From: Myxococcaceae bacterium | Lineage (GTDB): Bacteria > Myxococcota > Myxococcia > Myxococcales > Myxococcaceae | Length of the DNA stretch: 35,976 nucleotides | Assembly (NCBI GenBank): GCA_036489275.1 | Contig: DASXGF010000271.1 | Location: 1 to 35,976, forward strand | Reading direction: 5' to 3' | Program-made: the position numbers and the translations under genes | Shown here: positions 16,289 through 25,864 of the stretch, one piece after another | Position numbering within the stretch: the first letter of the stretch is position 1 | How the letters are laid out: every line of letters begins with the position of its first letter | Notes under the pieces: model-generated | What the model saw: the letters and a program-made list of their open reading frames with translations, nothing else | Told to the model about the DNA's origin: nothing | Databases searched by the model: none

Positions 16289-17560
16289 TCACACCTCGAG
16301 CAGGAGCCGCTCGGGATCCTCGATGCACTCCTTGATGCGCACGAGGAACTGGACGGCCTCGCGACCGTCGATGAGCCGGTGGTCGTAGCTGAGGGCCAGG
16401 TACATCACCGGGCGGATGACCACCTGTCCGTCTCGCGCCACTGGCCGCTCGACGATGTTGTGCATCCCGAGGATGCCCGTCTGCGGCGGGTTGAGGATGG
16501 GGGTGCTCAGCATCGAGCCGAAGATGCCGCCGTTGCTGATGCTGAAGGTGCCGCCCTGCAGCTCAGCGAGGGTGAGCTTGTCGGTGCGGGCCTTCTGCCC
16601 GAGCTCGGCGACCTGCTTCTCGATCTCCGCCATCGACAGCTTGTCCGCGTCGCGGAGCACCGGCACCACGAGCCCGCGGCTCCCGGACACCGCGACGCCG
16701 ATGTCGTAGTAGTGCTTCAGGACGACCTCGTCGCCCTCGATGGAGGCGTTCACCAGGGGGAACGCCTTGAGCGCGTCCACCGCGGCGCGGACGAAGAAGC
16801 TCATGAAGCCGAGCTTGACCCCGTGGCGCTGCTGGAACTTCTCGGCGTACTGCTTTCGCAGGGCCATCACCGCGCCCATGTCCACCTCGTTGAAGGTGGT
16901 CAGGATGGCGGCGTTGTTCTGCGCGGCGAGCAGCCGCTCCGCCACGCGCTTCCGCAGTGGCGTCATCTTCACCCGCTCCTCGCGCGCACCAGCGGGGCGC
17001 GGCGCGGGGGCGGGCGCCGGAGCCGTGGAGGGCGTGGGAGCCGCGGCCGGCGCGGCGCCGCGGCCGCCCTCGAGGACGGTCAGCACGTCCTCCTTCATCA
17101 CCCGTCCGGCGGCTCCGCTCCCCCGGAGGGTGGCGGGGTCGAGCCCGTTCGCGTCGGCGATGGCCCGGGCAACGGGCGTCATCGGCGCCTGACGGTTCGC
17201 GTCCGCCGACGGAGCGGCCTGCGCAGCCGGCACCGGCGCGGGGCGCGGAGGCGCGACCGGAGCCGGTGCGGCCGGCGCAGCAGCAGCGGGACGGGCCGCG
17301 GGTGCCGCCGCGGTCGCCGCAGCGTCGCCGGCGATGCTCCCGAGCACGTCGCCGATCTTCACCGTGTCGCCCTCCTGATGGGCGATGGCGGCGATGGTGC
17401 CAGCGGCGGGCGCCGGAACGTCGATGGTGACCTTGTCGGTCTCGAGGACGACGACCGGCTCGTCAACCGCCACCGGGTCGCCGACCTTCTTGTGCCACTT
17501 CCCCACCACCGCCTCGGTGATGGACTCGCCCAGCGCGGGAACGGTGAGCTCAACGGCCAT
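16289..17560 (-). CDS. sucB: Dihydrolipoyllysine-residue succinyltransferase, E2 of 2-oxoglutarate dehydrogenase
   Basis: N-terminal lipoyl domain ([13 protein letters not shown]), Ala/Pro linkers, E3-binding domain ([14 protein letters not shown]), and a catalytic domain with SYDHRLIDG. Confidence 0.95.
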   Translation of the reverse strand: MAVELTVPALGESITEAVVGKWHKKVGDPVAVDEPVVVLETDKVTIDVPAPAAGTIAAIAHQEGDTVKIGDVLGSIAGDAAATAAAPAARPAAAAPAAPAPVAPPRPAPVPAAQAAPSADANRQAPMTPVARAIADANGLDPATLRGSGAAGRVMKEDVLTVLEGGRGAAPAAAPTPSTAPAPAPAPRPAGAREERVKMTPLRKRVAERLLAAQNNAAILTTFNEVDMGAVMALRKQYAEKFQQRHGVKLGFMSFFVRAAVDALKAFPLVNASIEGDEVVLKHYYDIGVAVSGSRGLVVPVLRDADKLSMAEIEKQVAELGQKARTDKLTLAELQGGTFSISNGGIFGSMLSTPILNPPQTGILGMHNIVERPVARDGQVVIRPVMYLALSYDHRLIDGREAVQFLVRIKECIEDPERLLLEV

Positions 17561-20468
17561 CGTGCGGCCCTCGTGACAGTGCGGCGTCGACCAGGAGCGT
17601 CTGCTCGAGCTCGTGGGTCTTCTGGAATCCGGTGGCCGGGCTCGCGCTCTCCTCGCGGCCCGCGTACCACAACGGGAGCGCCCGTCCCTTCGCCGATACC
17701 CGCCCGGTGAGCCGCGGCAGGACGAAGGACCAGGCCCCCATGTTCTCCGGCTCCTCCTGCACCCAGACCAGCTCCTCGAGCCCAGGGTAGCGGGCGATCT
17801 CCGCCGCGAACTGGGCCTCCGGGAAGGGATGGAGCTGCTCGAGCCGCGCGATGGCGATGGTCTCGTCGGACGCCTTCGCCCGGGCGGCGAGAAGGTCGTA
17901 GGCCACCTTGCCGGTGCAGAGGAGGAGCCGCGTCACCTTGCCCGGACCGCCGGGGGGCGGATCGGCGATGAGCCGCTGGAACGTGCCGGAGGTGAACGCC
18001 GAGAGCGGAGCGCTGGCCTCCTCGCGCCGGAGCAGGCTCTTCGGGGTCATGACCACCAGAGGCTTGCGCCAGGGGCGGATCGCCTGCCGGCGCAGGAGGT
18101 GGAACACCTGCGCGCTGTTGGTGGGGTAGCAGACCTGGATGTTGTCCTCGGCGGACATCGCCAGGAACCGCTCCAGGCGCGCGCTGGAGTGCTCGGGGCC
18201 GGCGCCCTCGTAGCCGTGGGGGAGCAGCAGGGTGAGCCCGTTCAGCCGCCGCCACTTGTCCTCGGCGGCGACGATGAACTGGTCGATGATGACCTGCGCC
18301 CCGTTGGCGAAGTCGCCGAACTGCGCCTCCCAGAGCACCAGCGCATCGGGGTAGTCCAGCGAGTACCCGAACTCGTAGCCCAGGCACCCGGTCTCGGAGA
18401 GCGGGCTGTTGTAGACCTCGAACGGAGCGGCGCCCGGCCCGAGATCTTGAAGTGGAACGTAGGTCGCCCCGGTCTTCACGTCGTGCAGCACGGCGTTGCG
18501 GTGGCCGAAGGTGCCGCGCTCGGTGTCCTGCCCGGTCAGGCGGACGTGGGTTCCGGCCCGGAGCAGCGTCGAATAGGCCAGGTTCTCGCCAGCGGACCAG
18601 TCGAGCGGAATCTCCCCGCGGGCCATCGCCGCCCGGCGCTCGAGGATCTTCCCCAGCTGGCGGAGCGGGGTGAATCCCTGCGGAACACGCGCCAGGTGCT
18701 CGAGCTGCGCCGCCAGCGTCTTCTCCGGCACGCCGGTCTCTACCTCGGGGATGCCCTCCTCGGGCCCACCGCGGTAGCCCTTCCACAGGCCCTCGTGCGC
18801 GCTGGGCTCGCGGAGCGCCGGCGTCTCCTTGGCCTGGTTGTAGGCCTGGAGGAAGTGGCGCTTGGCCTCCTCGCGGATCGCCTCGGCGTCCTCGGCGCTC
18901 ACTCGCCCCTGCGCGGCGAGCGTCTTCGCGTAGATCTCGGCCACGGGCGGGTGGTGCCGGATCGCCTCGTACATCAGCGGCTGGGTGTAGCTCGGCTCGT
19001 CGCCCTCGTTGTGGCCGTAGCGACGGAAGCAGACCAGGTCGACCACGACGTCGCTCTGGAAGCGCTGGCGGAACTCGGTGGCCAGCCGCATCACGTGGAC
19101 GCAGGCCTCGGGGTCGTCCCCGTTCACGTGGAAGATGGGGATGTCGAGCATCTGCGCGACGGCGGTGGAGTAGATGCTGGAGCGCGCGTCCTCGGGATCG
19201 GTCGTGTAGCCGATCTGGTTGTTGATGACGATGTGGACGGTGCCGCCGGTGTCGTAGCCGCGAAGCCGCGAGAGGTTCAGCGTCTCTGCCACCACGCCCT
19301 GTGCGGACATGGCCGCGTCGCCGTGGATGACCAGGGGAAGCACCTTCCGGCGGTCCTGGTCCTCCAGCCGCTGCTGCTTCGCCCGCGCGCGACCCTCGAC
19401 GACCGGGTGCACGAACTCGAGGTGGCTGGGGTTGAAGGCGAGGCTCAGGTGGATGCGCTTGCCCGCCGGGGTGGTGACGTCCGACGAGAAGCCCAGGTGG
19501 TACTTCACGTCGCCCCGACCCATGAACAGCCGCGGGTCCACCGGGCCGTTGAACTCACTGAAGATCTGGTCCGGGCTCTTTCCCAGCACGTTGGTGAGGA
19601 CGTTCAGCCGGCCGCGATGGGCCATGCCGATGACGACCTCCTCCACCCCGAGCTCGCCGCCGAGCTCGAGCATCGTGCTCAGCATCGGCAGCAGTGACTC
19701 GCCGCCATCCACGCTGAAGCGCTTGGCGCCCTGGTACTTGGTGTGGATGAACGCCTCGAAGGTGTCGGCGTAGGTCAGCGACTCGAGGATGCGCCGCTGC
19801 TCGGCGGGGCTGGGGTCCAGCCGGTTCTCGGTGTGCTCCATCCGCGGCATCAGCCAGCGGCGACGGGCCGAGTCGTACAGCGTCATGTACTCCACGCCGA
19901 TGTGTCCGCAGTAGGTGCGGCGCAGCCTGCCCAGCAGCTCCTTGACCTTCACCCGCTTGCGGTCGGCGAAGACGTCGGAGCTGTCCACCACCTGCTCCAG
20001 CTCCTCGGCGCTGAAGGGCGCGTCGCTGGCCATCGCGAGATCCGCGATGTGGTTCATCTCCGGGCGCGGGCGGCCGAGCGGGTCGATCTGCGCGTTGAGG
20101 TGTCCGCGCAGACGGAAGGCGTAGAGGGTCTGGTCCACCCGCGCCTGCAGCTGCATCGAGGCCAGCGCGGCAGGAACGTCGCCCACGGCGACCAGCTGCC
20201 CCTTGGCGGGCGTGACGGCCGCGGCGGCGCCGTTTCCCCCGTTGACCGCCCTGGCGACGGCCGAGCCGTTCGTCGGCCCGTGCCCGTTCGTCGGCTGCGC
20301 GCGTCCGTCCCCGGAGCCGAGCAGCGGACGTCCCTCGGTCCGCGCGCCGGCGAACAGCTCGCGCCAGCTCGGGTCGACCGAGCTCGGGTCCTCGAGCCAC
20401 CGGGCGTACAGGCCCTCGATGAAGTCGATGTTGGAGCCCGAGAGGAAGGTATCCGTGGGATTCGGCAT
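17550..20468 (-). CDS. sucA: 2-oxoglutarate dehydrogenase E1 component
   Basis: 972 aa. N-terminus [32 protein letters not shown], plus HRGRLNVL, the ThDP region [11 protein letters not shown], and [11 protein letters not shown]. The stop overlaps the sucB ATG by 11 nt. Confidence 0.95.
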   Translation of the reverse strand: MPNPTDTFLSGSNIDFIEGLYARWLEDPSSVDPSWRELFAGARTEGRPLLGSGDGRAQPTNGHGPTNGSAVARAVNGGNGAAAAVTPAKGQLVAVGDVPAALASMQLQARVDQTLYAFRLRGHLNAQIDPLGRPRPEMNHIADLAMASDAPFSAEELEQVVDSSDVFADRKRVKVKELLGRLRRTYCGHIGVEYMTLYDSARRRWLMPRMEHTENRLDPSPAEQRRILESLTYADTFEAFIHTKYQGAKRFSVDGGESLLPMLSTMLELGGELGVEEVVIGMAHRGRLNVLTNVLGKSPDQIFSEFNGPVDPRLFMGRGDVKYHLGFSSDVTTPAGKRIHLSLAFNPSHLEFVHPVVEGRARAKQQRLEDQDRRKVLPLVIHGDAAMSAQGVVAETLNLSRLRGYDTGGTVHIVINNQIGYTTDPEDARSSIYSTAVAQMLDIPIFHVNGDDPEACVHVMRLATEFRQRFQSDVVVDLVCFRRYGHNEGDEPSYTQPLMYEAIRHHPPVAEIYAKTLAAQGRVSAEDAEAIREEAKRHFLQAYNQAKETPALREPSAHEGLWKGYRGGPEEGIPEVETGVPEKTLAAQLEHLARVPQGFTPLRQLGKILERRAAMARGEIPLDWSAGENLAYSTLLRAGTHVRLTGQDTERGTFGHRNAVLHDVKTGATYVPLQDLGPGAAPFEVYNSPLSETGCLGYEFGYSLDYPDALVLWEAQFGDFANGAQVIIDQFIVAAEDKWRRLNGLTLLLPHGYEGAGPEHSSARLERFLAMSAEDNIQVCYPTNSAQVFHLLRRQAIRPWRKPLVVMTPKSLLRREEASAPLSAFTSGTFQRLIADPPPGGPGKVTRLLLCTGKVAYDLLAARAKASDETIAIARLEQLHPFPEAQFAAEIARYPGLEELVWVQEEPENMGAWSFVLPRLTGRVSAKGRALPLWYAGREESASPATGFQKTHELEQTLLVDAALSRGPHDGR

Positions 20469-20537
20469 GGGGTTTTCGCCGATGGGTTTTAACCTCGAAC
20501 CGCCAGCGAGGCGGAACTTTGTCCCCCTCAGGGCCGC

Positions 20538-22490
20538 TCAGGAACCAGGTGCCGGCGGAGTGGGTCGGTAGTGCACGGTTGCCGCCTCTGGACCCCCGTC
20601 CGCAGGGACCAGGCGGCTGGACAGCCGGCGCCGGTCCACCAGGCACACCGTCCCGCCCTCCCGGCAGTAGTACAGCGCCACCGCGAAGGTCGCCTCCGAG
20701 GGCGTTCTGAGAGGAGAAATTCTCGTCCGGGCCCGCAGAACCGCCCCGGCGGAATCGAGCTTCACCGGAGCGCTCGCCCCGGCCACCGTCAGCTCGACGC
20801 GCTGGGGTGCTCCCGCCGTGAAGGTGTGGCCCTCCGGAAGACGTACCTCGAGCACCAGCTCGGACCCCGCCGATGCGACGGTCGCATCCTCGAGGTGCTG
20901 CAGAGGCAAGGCCCGCGTGGCGAGGACCGGACGCTCCGTCAGGCCGCGGACGGCCGGCGGGTCGACCCCGGTGAGCGCGAGGGGGGACAGCGCTCCGCTC
21001 GCCGGGTCGACGGTCACCAGCCGGTGGTGGTCCGTGTCGGCGACGACCAGCCGACCTCCGGCCAGGGTGAGCCCACCGGGCTGGCCCAGGCCCCTGGCCA
21101 CGGTGCTCACCTGGCCGTCGGCGAGCGACACCCGGCGCAGCGCTCCGTTGAAGGTGTCGGCGACGAAGAGCACGCCGCCCGCGAGCAGCACGCCCAGCGG
21201 GTGCTGGAAGCGCGCGCGGGCCAGCGCACCATCGCGCAGCCCGAAGTCGAAGAGCCCCTCGCCGGCGAGCGTCTTCACCGTTCCTGCGCCAGGGTCCACG
21301 CGGCGGATCGCGCTGGCCTCGCTGTCGGCGACGTAGAGCACCTTGCCGTCGGTGGCCAGCCCGGACGGCTGGGCGAAGGTGGCCTGGGCCAGAGGTCCAT
21401 CGTCGAGGCCCTCGCGCCCACTCCCCGCGCCCGCGGAGAGCGCTCCGCTCCGCACGTCCAGTCGAAAGAGCTGGTGCGAGCCGGCCATGGCAATCCACAG
21501 CGTGTCGTCGACGAAGACCACGTCCCATGGGCTGCGGAGCGCGGCGGTCCGTGCATCCGCCGCGGGCTGCACCGCCCCCTCGGCCGTCTTGCCGGTGCCG
21601 GCGATCGTCTCCACCCCGCCGGTTTTCAGATCTACCCGGCGCAGGGCGTGGTTTCCGGTATCGGCCACGTAGAGGGCGCCGTCGCGCTCGGCGAGCCCCT
21701 GCGGGTAGCGAAAGGACGCGGCCTCCGGCGTTCCGTCGGAGAAGCCCTCGAGGCCCGAGCCGACGGCGCGCACGAGCCGCCCCGACGCGTCGAGGAGGAG
21801 GATGCGGTGGTACCCGGAGTCGGCGACCGCGAGCCCGCCTCCGGCGAGCCCGAGGACCTTGCCCGGAAAGGCCAGCGGACCGGTGTCGCGGACCGCGGGC
21901 CGCTTGAACTCGGCAGGCCCCGAGGCCAGCGCTCCCCGCGCGCGACCGTCGTCCAGCGTGGCCTGCACCCAGGCAGTGAGCGTCGACAGCTCGGGCTCGC
22001 CTCGGAACCACCCCACCGCGTAGCCGCGCGCGTCCACCAGGACGGAGGTCGGCCAGCCGTGGATGGCGTACTGCTCCCAGATGACCATGTCGCCGTCGGT
22101 GGCCACCGGATGGTCGATGTGGTGCCGCGCCATGGCCTCGGCCACCGCCGAGACCTCCTTCTCCGCGTCGAACTTCCCGGAGTGGATGCCCACCACCTGG
22201 AAGGGCTGACCGCGGAACCGTTCCTCGAGCGCGTGGAGCACCGGGAGCGCGTGGAGGCAGTTCACGCAGCCCGAGGTCCAGAAGTCGAGCAGCACCACCC
22301 GCCCCTTGAGCGCTCCGCGGAAGAGGAGCGGCCGGTCCGTCCCGAGCCAGGTTCCCACCCGGTCGAGGTCGGGGGCACGCGGGTGCCCTTTGTCGAGGAG
22401 CGCACGGATGGACACCGAGGGCTCCTGGGCGTCGGGCGCGGCGGCGGGGGCGACAGCGAGGACGGCGAGCAGGGACAGCGAGGGAGACAC
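20538..22490 (-). CDS. Secreted thioredoxin-like domain + NHL-repeat beta-propeller protein (NHLRC2-like architecture)
   Basis: GTG at 22490 after GGAAGG. Signal peptide SPSLSLLAVLAVAPAAAP. Thioredoxin-like FWTSGCVNC. Repeated NHL-type units follow (P.G+A....LYVADTGNHALRRVD, VLYVADSEASAIRRVD, VLFVADTFNGALRRV, LVVADTDHHRLVTVD). Confidence 0.9.
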   Translation of the reverse strand: MSPSLSLLAVLAVAPAAAPDAQEPSVSIRALLDKGHPRAPDLDRVGTWLGTDRPLLFRGALKGRVVLLDFWTSGCVNCLHALPVLHALEERFRGQPFQVVGIHSGKFDAEKEVSAVAEAMARHHIDHPVATDGDMVIWEQYAIHGWPTSVLVDARGYAVGWFRGEPELSTLTAWVQATLDDGRARGALASGPAEFKRPAVRDTGPLAFPGKVLGLAGGGLAVADSGYHRILLLDASGRLVRAVGSGLEGFSDGTPEAASFRYPQGLAERDGALYVADTGNHALRRVDLKTGGVETIAGTGKTAEGAVQPAADARTAALRSPWDVVFVDDTLWIAMAGSHQLFRLDVRSGALSAGAGSGREGLDDGPLAQATFAQPSGLATDGKVLYVADSEASAIRRVDPGAGTVKTLAGEGLFDFGLRDGALARARFQHPLGVLLAGGVLFVADTFNGALRRVSLADGQVSTVARGLGQPGGLTLAGGRLVVADTDHHRLVTVDPASGALSPLALTGVDPPAVRGLTERPVLATRALPLQHLEDATVASAGSELVLEVRLPEGHTFTAGAPQRVELTVAGASAPVKLDSAGAVLRARTRISPLRTPSEATFAVALYYCREGGTVCLVDRRRLSSRLVPADGGPEAATVHYRPTPPAPGS

Positions 22491-22590
22491 GGGGCAGCCT
22501 TCCGGGGCAAGGACCTACCGGAGGTCTACGCGGCGCGCCACCGGTCGGTTTCGGGTCTAGCCCCTCAGAGCCGTGCTAGACCCCGCCGCC

Positions 22591-23427
22591 ATGCTGCTTC
22601 AAGGCAAGCGCATGCTCATCACGGGCGTGCTGACCCCCCAGTCGCTGGCCTACGGCATCGCCGAGCTGGCACAGCAAGAGGGCGCGGAGATCATCCTCAC
22701 CTCCTTCGGACGCGGCATGTCCCTGACCGAGCGCTCGGCGAAGCGGCTGAGCCCTGCACCCGAGGTCCTGGAGCTCGACGTCACCAATCCCGAGCACTTC
22801 ACCCGGCTCACCCAGACGCTGAAGGCCTCGGGCAAGCCGCTCCATGGCGTGCTGCACGCGGTGGCCTACGCCCCGGAGGACGCGCTCGGCGGCAACTTCC
22901 TCAACACCCCGTGGGAGAGCGTCGCGACCGCGTTTCGGGTCTCGACCTTCTCGCTGAAGGAGCTCGCCGCTGCTGTGGCCCCGGTGATGACCGAGGGCGG
23001 GAGCATCGTCGCGCTGGACTTCGACAACTCCAGGCAGGCCTGGCCGATCTACGACTGGAGGGGGGTGTGCAAGGCCGGGATGATCTCGGTGATGCGCTAT
23101 CTCGCCCGCGACCTGGGTCCGAAGAACATCCGGGTCAACGCGGTGGCCGCCGGCCCACTGGTCACCATCGCCGCCAAGGGAATTCCTGGGTTCAAGCAGC
23201 TCGCCGACACCTGGGTCCTCTCGGCGCCGTTGGGATGGAACGCGCGCGACCGACATCCGATGGTCGCCAAGACCGTCGTCGCGCTGCTGTCCGACTGGTT
23301 CCCGGGGACCACCGCCGAGGTGGTGCACGTGGACGGCGGGCGCCACGCCATCGGTTCGCCCCCGGTGGACATCATGGAGCGGATCACGGCCGTTCTTTCG
23401 GACGCCGAGGGCAGCTCGAAGGAGTGA
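22591..23427 (+). CDS. fabI: Enoyl-[ACP] reductase (NADH), InhA-type FabI
   Basis: ATG at 22591 (MLLQGKRMLITG...). SDR fold with Tyr/Lys in IYDWRGVCKAG. LDFDNSR and APLGWN...PVAKTVVALLSDWFPGTTAEVVHVDGG closely resemble mycobacterial InhA as I recall it. Confidence 0.9.
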   Translation: MLLQGKRMLITGVLTPQSLAYGIAELAQQEGAEIILTSFGRGMSLTERSAKRLSPAPEVLELDVTNPEHFTRLTQTLKASGKPLHGVLHAVAYAPEDALGGNFLNTPWESVATAFRVSTFSLKELAAAVAPVMTEGGSIVALDFDNSRQAWPIYDWRGVCKAGMISVMRYLARDLGPKNIRVNAVAAGPLVTIAAKGIPGFKQLADTWVLSAPLGWNARDRHPMVAKTVVALLSDWFPGTTAEVVHVDGGRHAIGSPPVDIMERITAVLSDAEGSSKE

Positions 23428-23439
23428 GCCTCGGGCTCA
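23425..23439. terminator. Palindrome spanning both stop codons of the convergent fabI and paralog-A genes
   Basis: TGAGCC-TCG-GGCTCA has 6-bp arms and a 3-nt loop. The TGA (23425-23427) and the TCA (23437-23439, a minus-strand stop) are the outer triplets. Confidence 0.25.
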
Positions 23440-25752
23440 GAACCGCTTCAGCGCCACGATGTCGTTGTTGAACGGGTCGACGTAGTAGACGTTGCCCTGG
23501 TCCACCCCGCCGATGAGCGACGAGTTCTGCGCGATGCGCGGATAGCGGTAGAGGAACCGCGGCGTCAGCCCCGGGCCGAAGTGGAGCACCACGTCGCCGA
23601 GCGTCGCGCTGTTGAGCAGCACGGTGAGGCTTCCGTCGGTGGCCGAGCGCACGTTCTCACCAAGGCGTGAAGTCGACGACCCGTAGACGTAGAGGCCGGG
23701 AACGCGCGCGGTGGCCACGGGCCCTGCTCCGTCGGGCAGATAGGCCTCGAAGGTGGTGTAGGGCGGGTCGTTGCGCATGGTGACGACCGCCCCGACCGCC
23801 GGGCCACCGCCGACGAAGTTCCCTCCCTGCAGCGCGCCCAGCACCAGCGGCTGGTTGGGCATGCTCAGCCCGGCCTTGACCAGGTAGCTGCCGGCGATGT
23901 TGCCGCTCGGGGCGACGTGCACGACCTCGTAGCTGATGACTCCGGCGCCACCGCTGCAGTCCATGGTCAGGCCGAGCACGAAGCTGCCGTCCACCACCGG
24001 GAGCAACCGGTTCACCGTCTGCACCGCGCAGGCACCGCCGCCGAGCGCCGGAGCGCCCTGGGGCTGCAGCACGAAGCTGGAGGCCGGGAAGCCGAAGAAG
24101 GTCCAGGCCGGACCGCAGAACGCTCCCACGTCGTTGGGCGAGAGGTAGGTGCGGACCGCGCCGAAGGCGCCGGCCGTCCCGCCGGGAGTGGGCGGGGCGA
24201 GGGCCAGGTTCGGGTTCGCGTTGTTGTTGGCGGCGTCGAGCACCAGCTTGCCCGTCGAGGGCTGCAGGCAGGCGACGGTGTGCGTCGCCGGTGCGCCATA
24301 GCAGCCGTTGAACGCGCCGCTCATGATGTCCGGGATGCACACGAGGTCGTCCATCCGGGCCAGCACGGGCCCGGCCACCGAGCCGTCGGGCTGCAGCGAG
24401 TCGAGGTTGAAGGGAACGGAGTAGCCAGACGCCGGACGGGACCCGTTGATGGGCTCGCCCATGGCGATGACGTCGCTGCCGATCCGCTGGTTCGGGTTCG
24501 GCCGGGTGAAGAGCACGTTGCCGTGTCCATCGAAGTCGGCGGCGACGAATCCGGCGTCCTGCGGGAAGGGAATGGTGCCGCCGTCCGGGATGACCAGCGC
24601 GTCGGCTGCGCCGATGACGATCCGGAATCCCGCGTCGAAGGGGACGCTCGCGTCGAGCGAACCCGCGTCAACTCCCCCATCCGGACCTGCATCGGTGCCC
24701 GAGTCGGGCGTTCCGCCCTCGCCACCGTTGCCGGCATCGGATCCAGCATCGTTGCTCGGACCGGTGCCCGCGTCGGGGTCCGGCAGCGGTCCCCCGGAGA
24801 CCACGATGCTGTTCGGGTCGAAGGGGACGTAGGTGCCGTCGGCCGCGCGGAAGAAGCCGGGCAGCCAGTCGGAGGTCGCGTTCACCGTGGTGCTCTTCGC
24901 CAGCGCCACCTGGATTCCGCGCGCGGTGGCCACGGGCTTGGCGGCGTCGATGGCGATCCGGCCGGGGACGATGCGGTCCCAGAGCACGCGGCTGAGGAGG
25001 ACGCCCTGCTCGAGGTGGCTCGCGTTCCCGTTGGTCGCCCGGGCGTCGACGGTGAGGCTGACCGACTGGTCCACCTCCACCAGGACCTCGAACGGGACGT
25101 TGAACGGGTCACCGGTGTAGTTGTCGATGCCCAGCCCCGGAGCCTTGAGGAAGGTCACGTCGTAGAGCGGCGAGCCGCCGTCCGGGTTGGCGCGCTGGAC
25201 GATGCCGTCCGCCTCGCGGCCGGCGAGCCTCACGGTCGGAGGCAGGAGCAGCGGCCGGTCACTGCCCACGGTCAGGTTGAGCTGCGAGAGCGGCGCCACG
25301 CGCTCGGGGAGAGCCGCCGACAGCGAGGCGGTGGTGGTGTCGAGGAGCACGTTGATCGACTTGGTGCTCACGTGCCCGAGCATGTCGACGCCGATGAAGG
25401 TCAGCTGGAGCTGGGCGACGCCCGAGTCGGCGACCCCGCTCGTCACCAGGGTGCAGCGGGTGAAGTCCACGACCCCCGTGTACGGCGGCACGTTCCAGGT
25501 GAAGACGCCGGTGCTCGGGGCGCCGCCGCAGGTCACGGTGACGGAAGCCACCCCGTTCACCGAGTCAGCCTGGAGGCTGACCGGCGCATTCAGCGGGATG
25601 GTCTGCCCGTCGAGCGGCGAGAGGATGGTGAGCGTCGGGCCGACTCCGCCGTCCGCCGGGACGTTGGGGAGCTCGAGGTCCCAGCACGCCGGAAGCGCCA
25701 GGCAGGCGGCGGCGAGCAGCACCTCCCGGTACCTCACCGTCAACACGGACAA
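23437..25752 (-). CDS. Large secreted/lipoprotein-like protein of unknown family (paralog A, ~771 aa)
   Basis: Preferred start is TTG at 25752, 7 nt after GGAGGG (alternative GTG at 25746), giving (M)SVLTVRYREVLLAAACLALPAC. Collinear homology to the N-terminal ~690 aa of the upstream gene, including 8 conserved Cys. Contains an acidic D/A/G-rich insert. Confidence 0.8.
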   Translation of the reverse strand: MSVLTVRYREVLLAAACLALPACWDLELPNVPADGGVGPTLTILSPLDGQTIPLNAPVSLQADSVNGVASVTVTCGGAPSTGVFTWNVPPYTGVVDFTRCTLVTSGVADSGVAQLQLTFIGVDMLGHVSTKSINVLLDTTTASLSAALPERVAPLSQLNLTVGSDRPLLLPPTVRLAGREADGIVQRANPDGGSPLYDVTFLKAPGLGIDNYTGDPFNVPFEVLVEVDQSVSLTVDARATNGNASHLEQGVLLSRVLWDRIVPGRIAIDAAKPVATARGIQVALAKSTTVNATSDWLPGFFRAADGTYVPFDPNSIVVSGGPLPDPDAGTGPSNDAGSDAGNGGEGGTPDSGTDAGPDGGVDAGSLDASVPFDAGFRIVIGAADALVIPDGGTIPFPQDAGFVAADFDGHGNVLFTRPNPNQRIGSDVIAMGEPINGSRPASGYSVPFNLDSLQPDGSVAGPVLARMDDLVCIPDIMSGAFNGCYGAPATHTVACLQPSTGKLVLDAANNNANPNLALAPPTPGGTAGAFGAVRTYLSPNDVGAFCGPAWTFFGFPASSFVLQPQGAPALGGGACAVQTVNRLLPVVDGSFVLGLTMDCSGGAGVISYEVVHVAPSGNIAGSYLVKAGLSMPNQPLVLGALQGGNFVGGGPAVGAVVTMRNDPPYTTFEAYLPDGAGPVATARVPGLYVYGSSTSRLGENVRSATDGSLTVLLNSATLGDVVLHFGPGLTPRFLYRYPRIAQNSSLIGGVDQGNVYYVDPFNNDIVALKRF

Positions 25753-25864
25753 AGGGCGACCCTCCACCGGCCAGACGCCGCACGAGGGTACCAGACCACC
25801 GACGGGGGCGGGGAAAAGGGAGCCGCCGCCGGGGTGGTCACGACGACCCCCTGGTGTGTGCGTC

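Noticed and set aside
17359-22011. Long alternative ORFs over sucA/sucB (17359-18786 -, 17613-19697 +, 19555-22011 -, 16379-17710 +)
   Set aside because: The sucA and sucB frames carry unmistakable family motifs. The alternatives are Arg/Pro/Gly-rich shadows.
20571-23471. 966-aa plus-strand ORF across the NHL/thioredoxin gene and fabI
   Set aside because: It is antisense to the NHL-repeat gene and out of frame with the well-supported fabI. The composition is Arg/Gly/Pro-dominated and no motifs are present.
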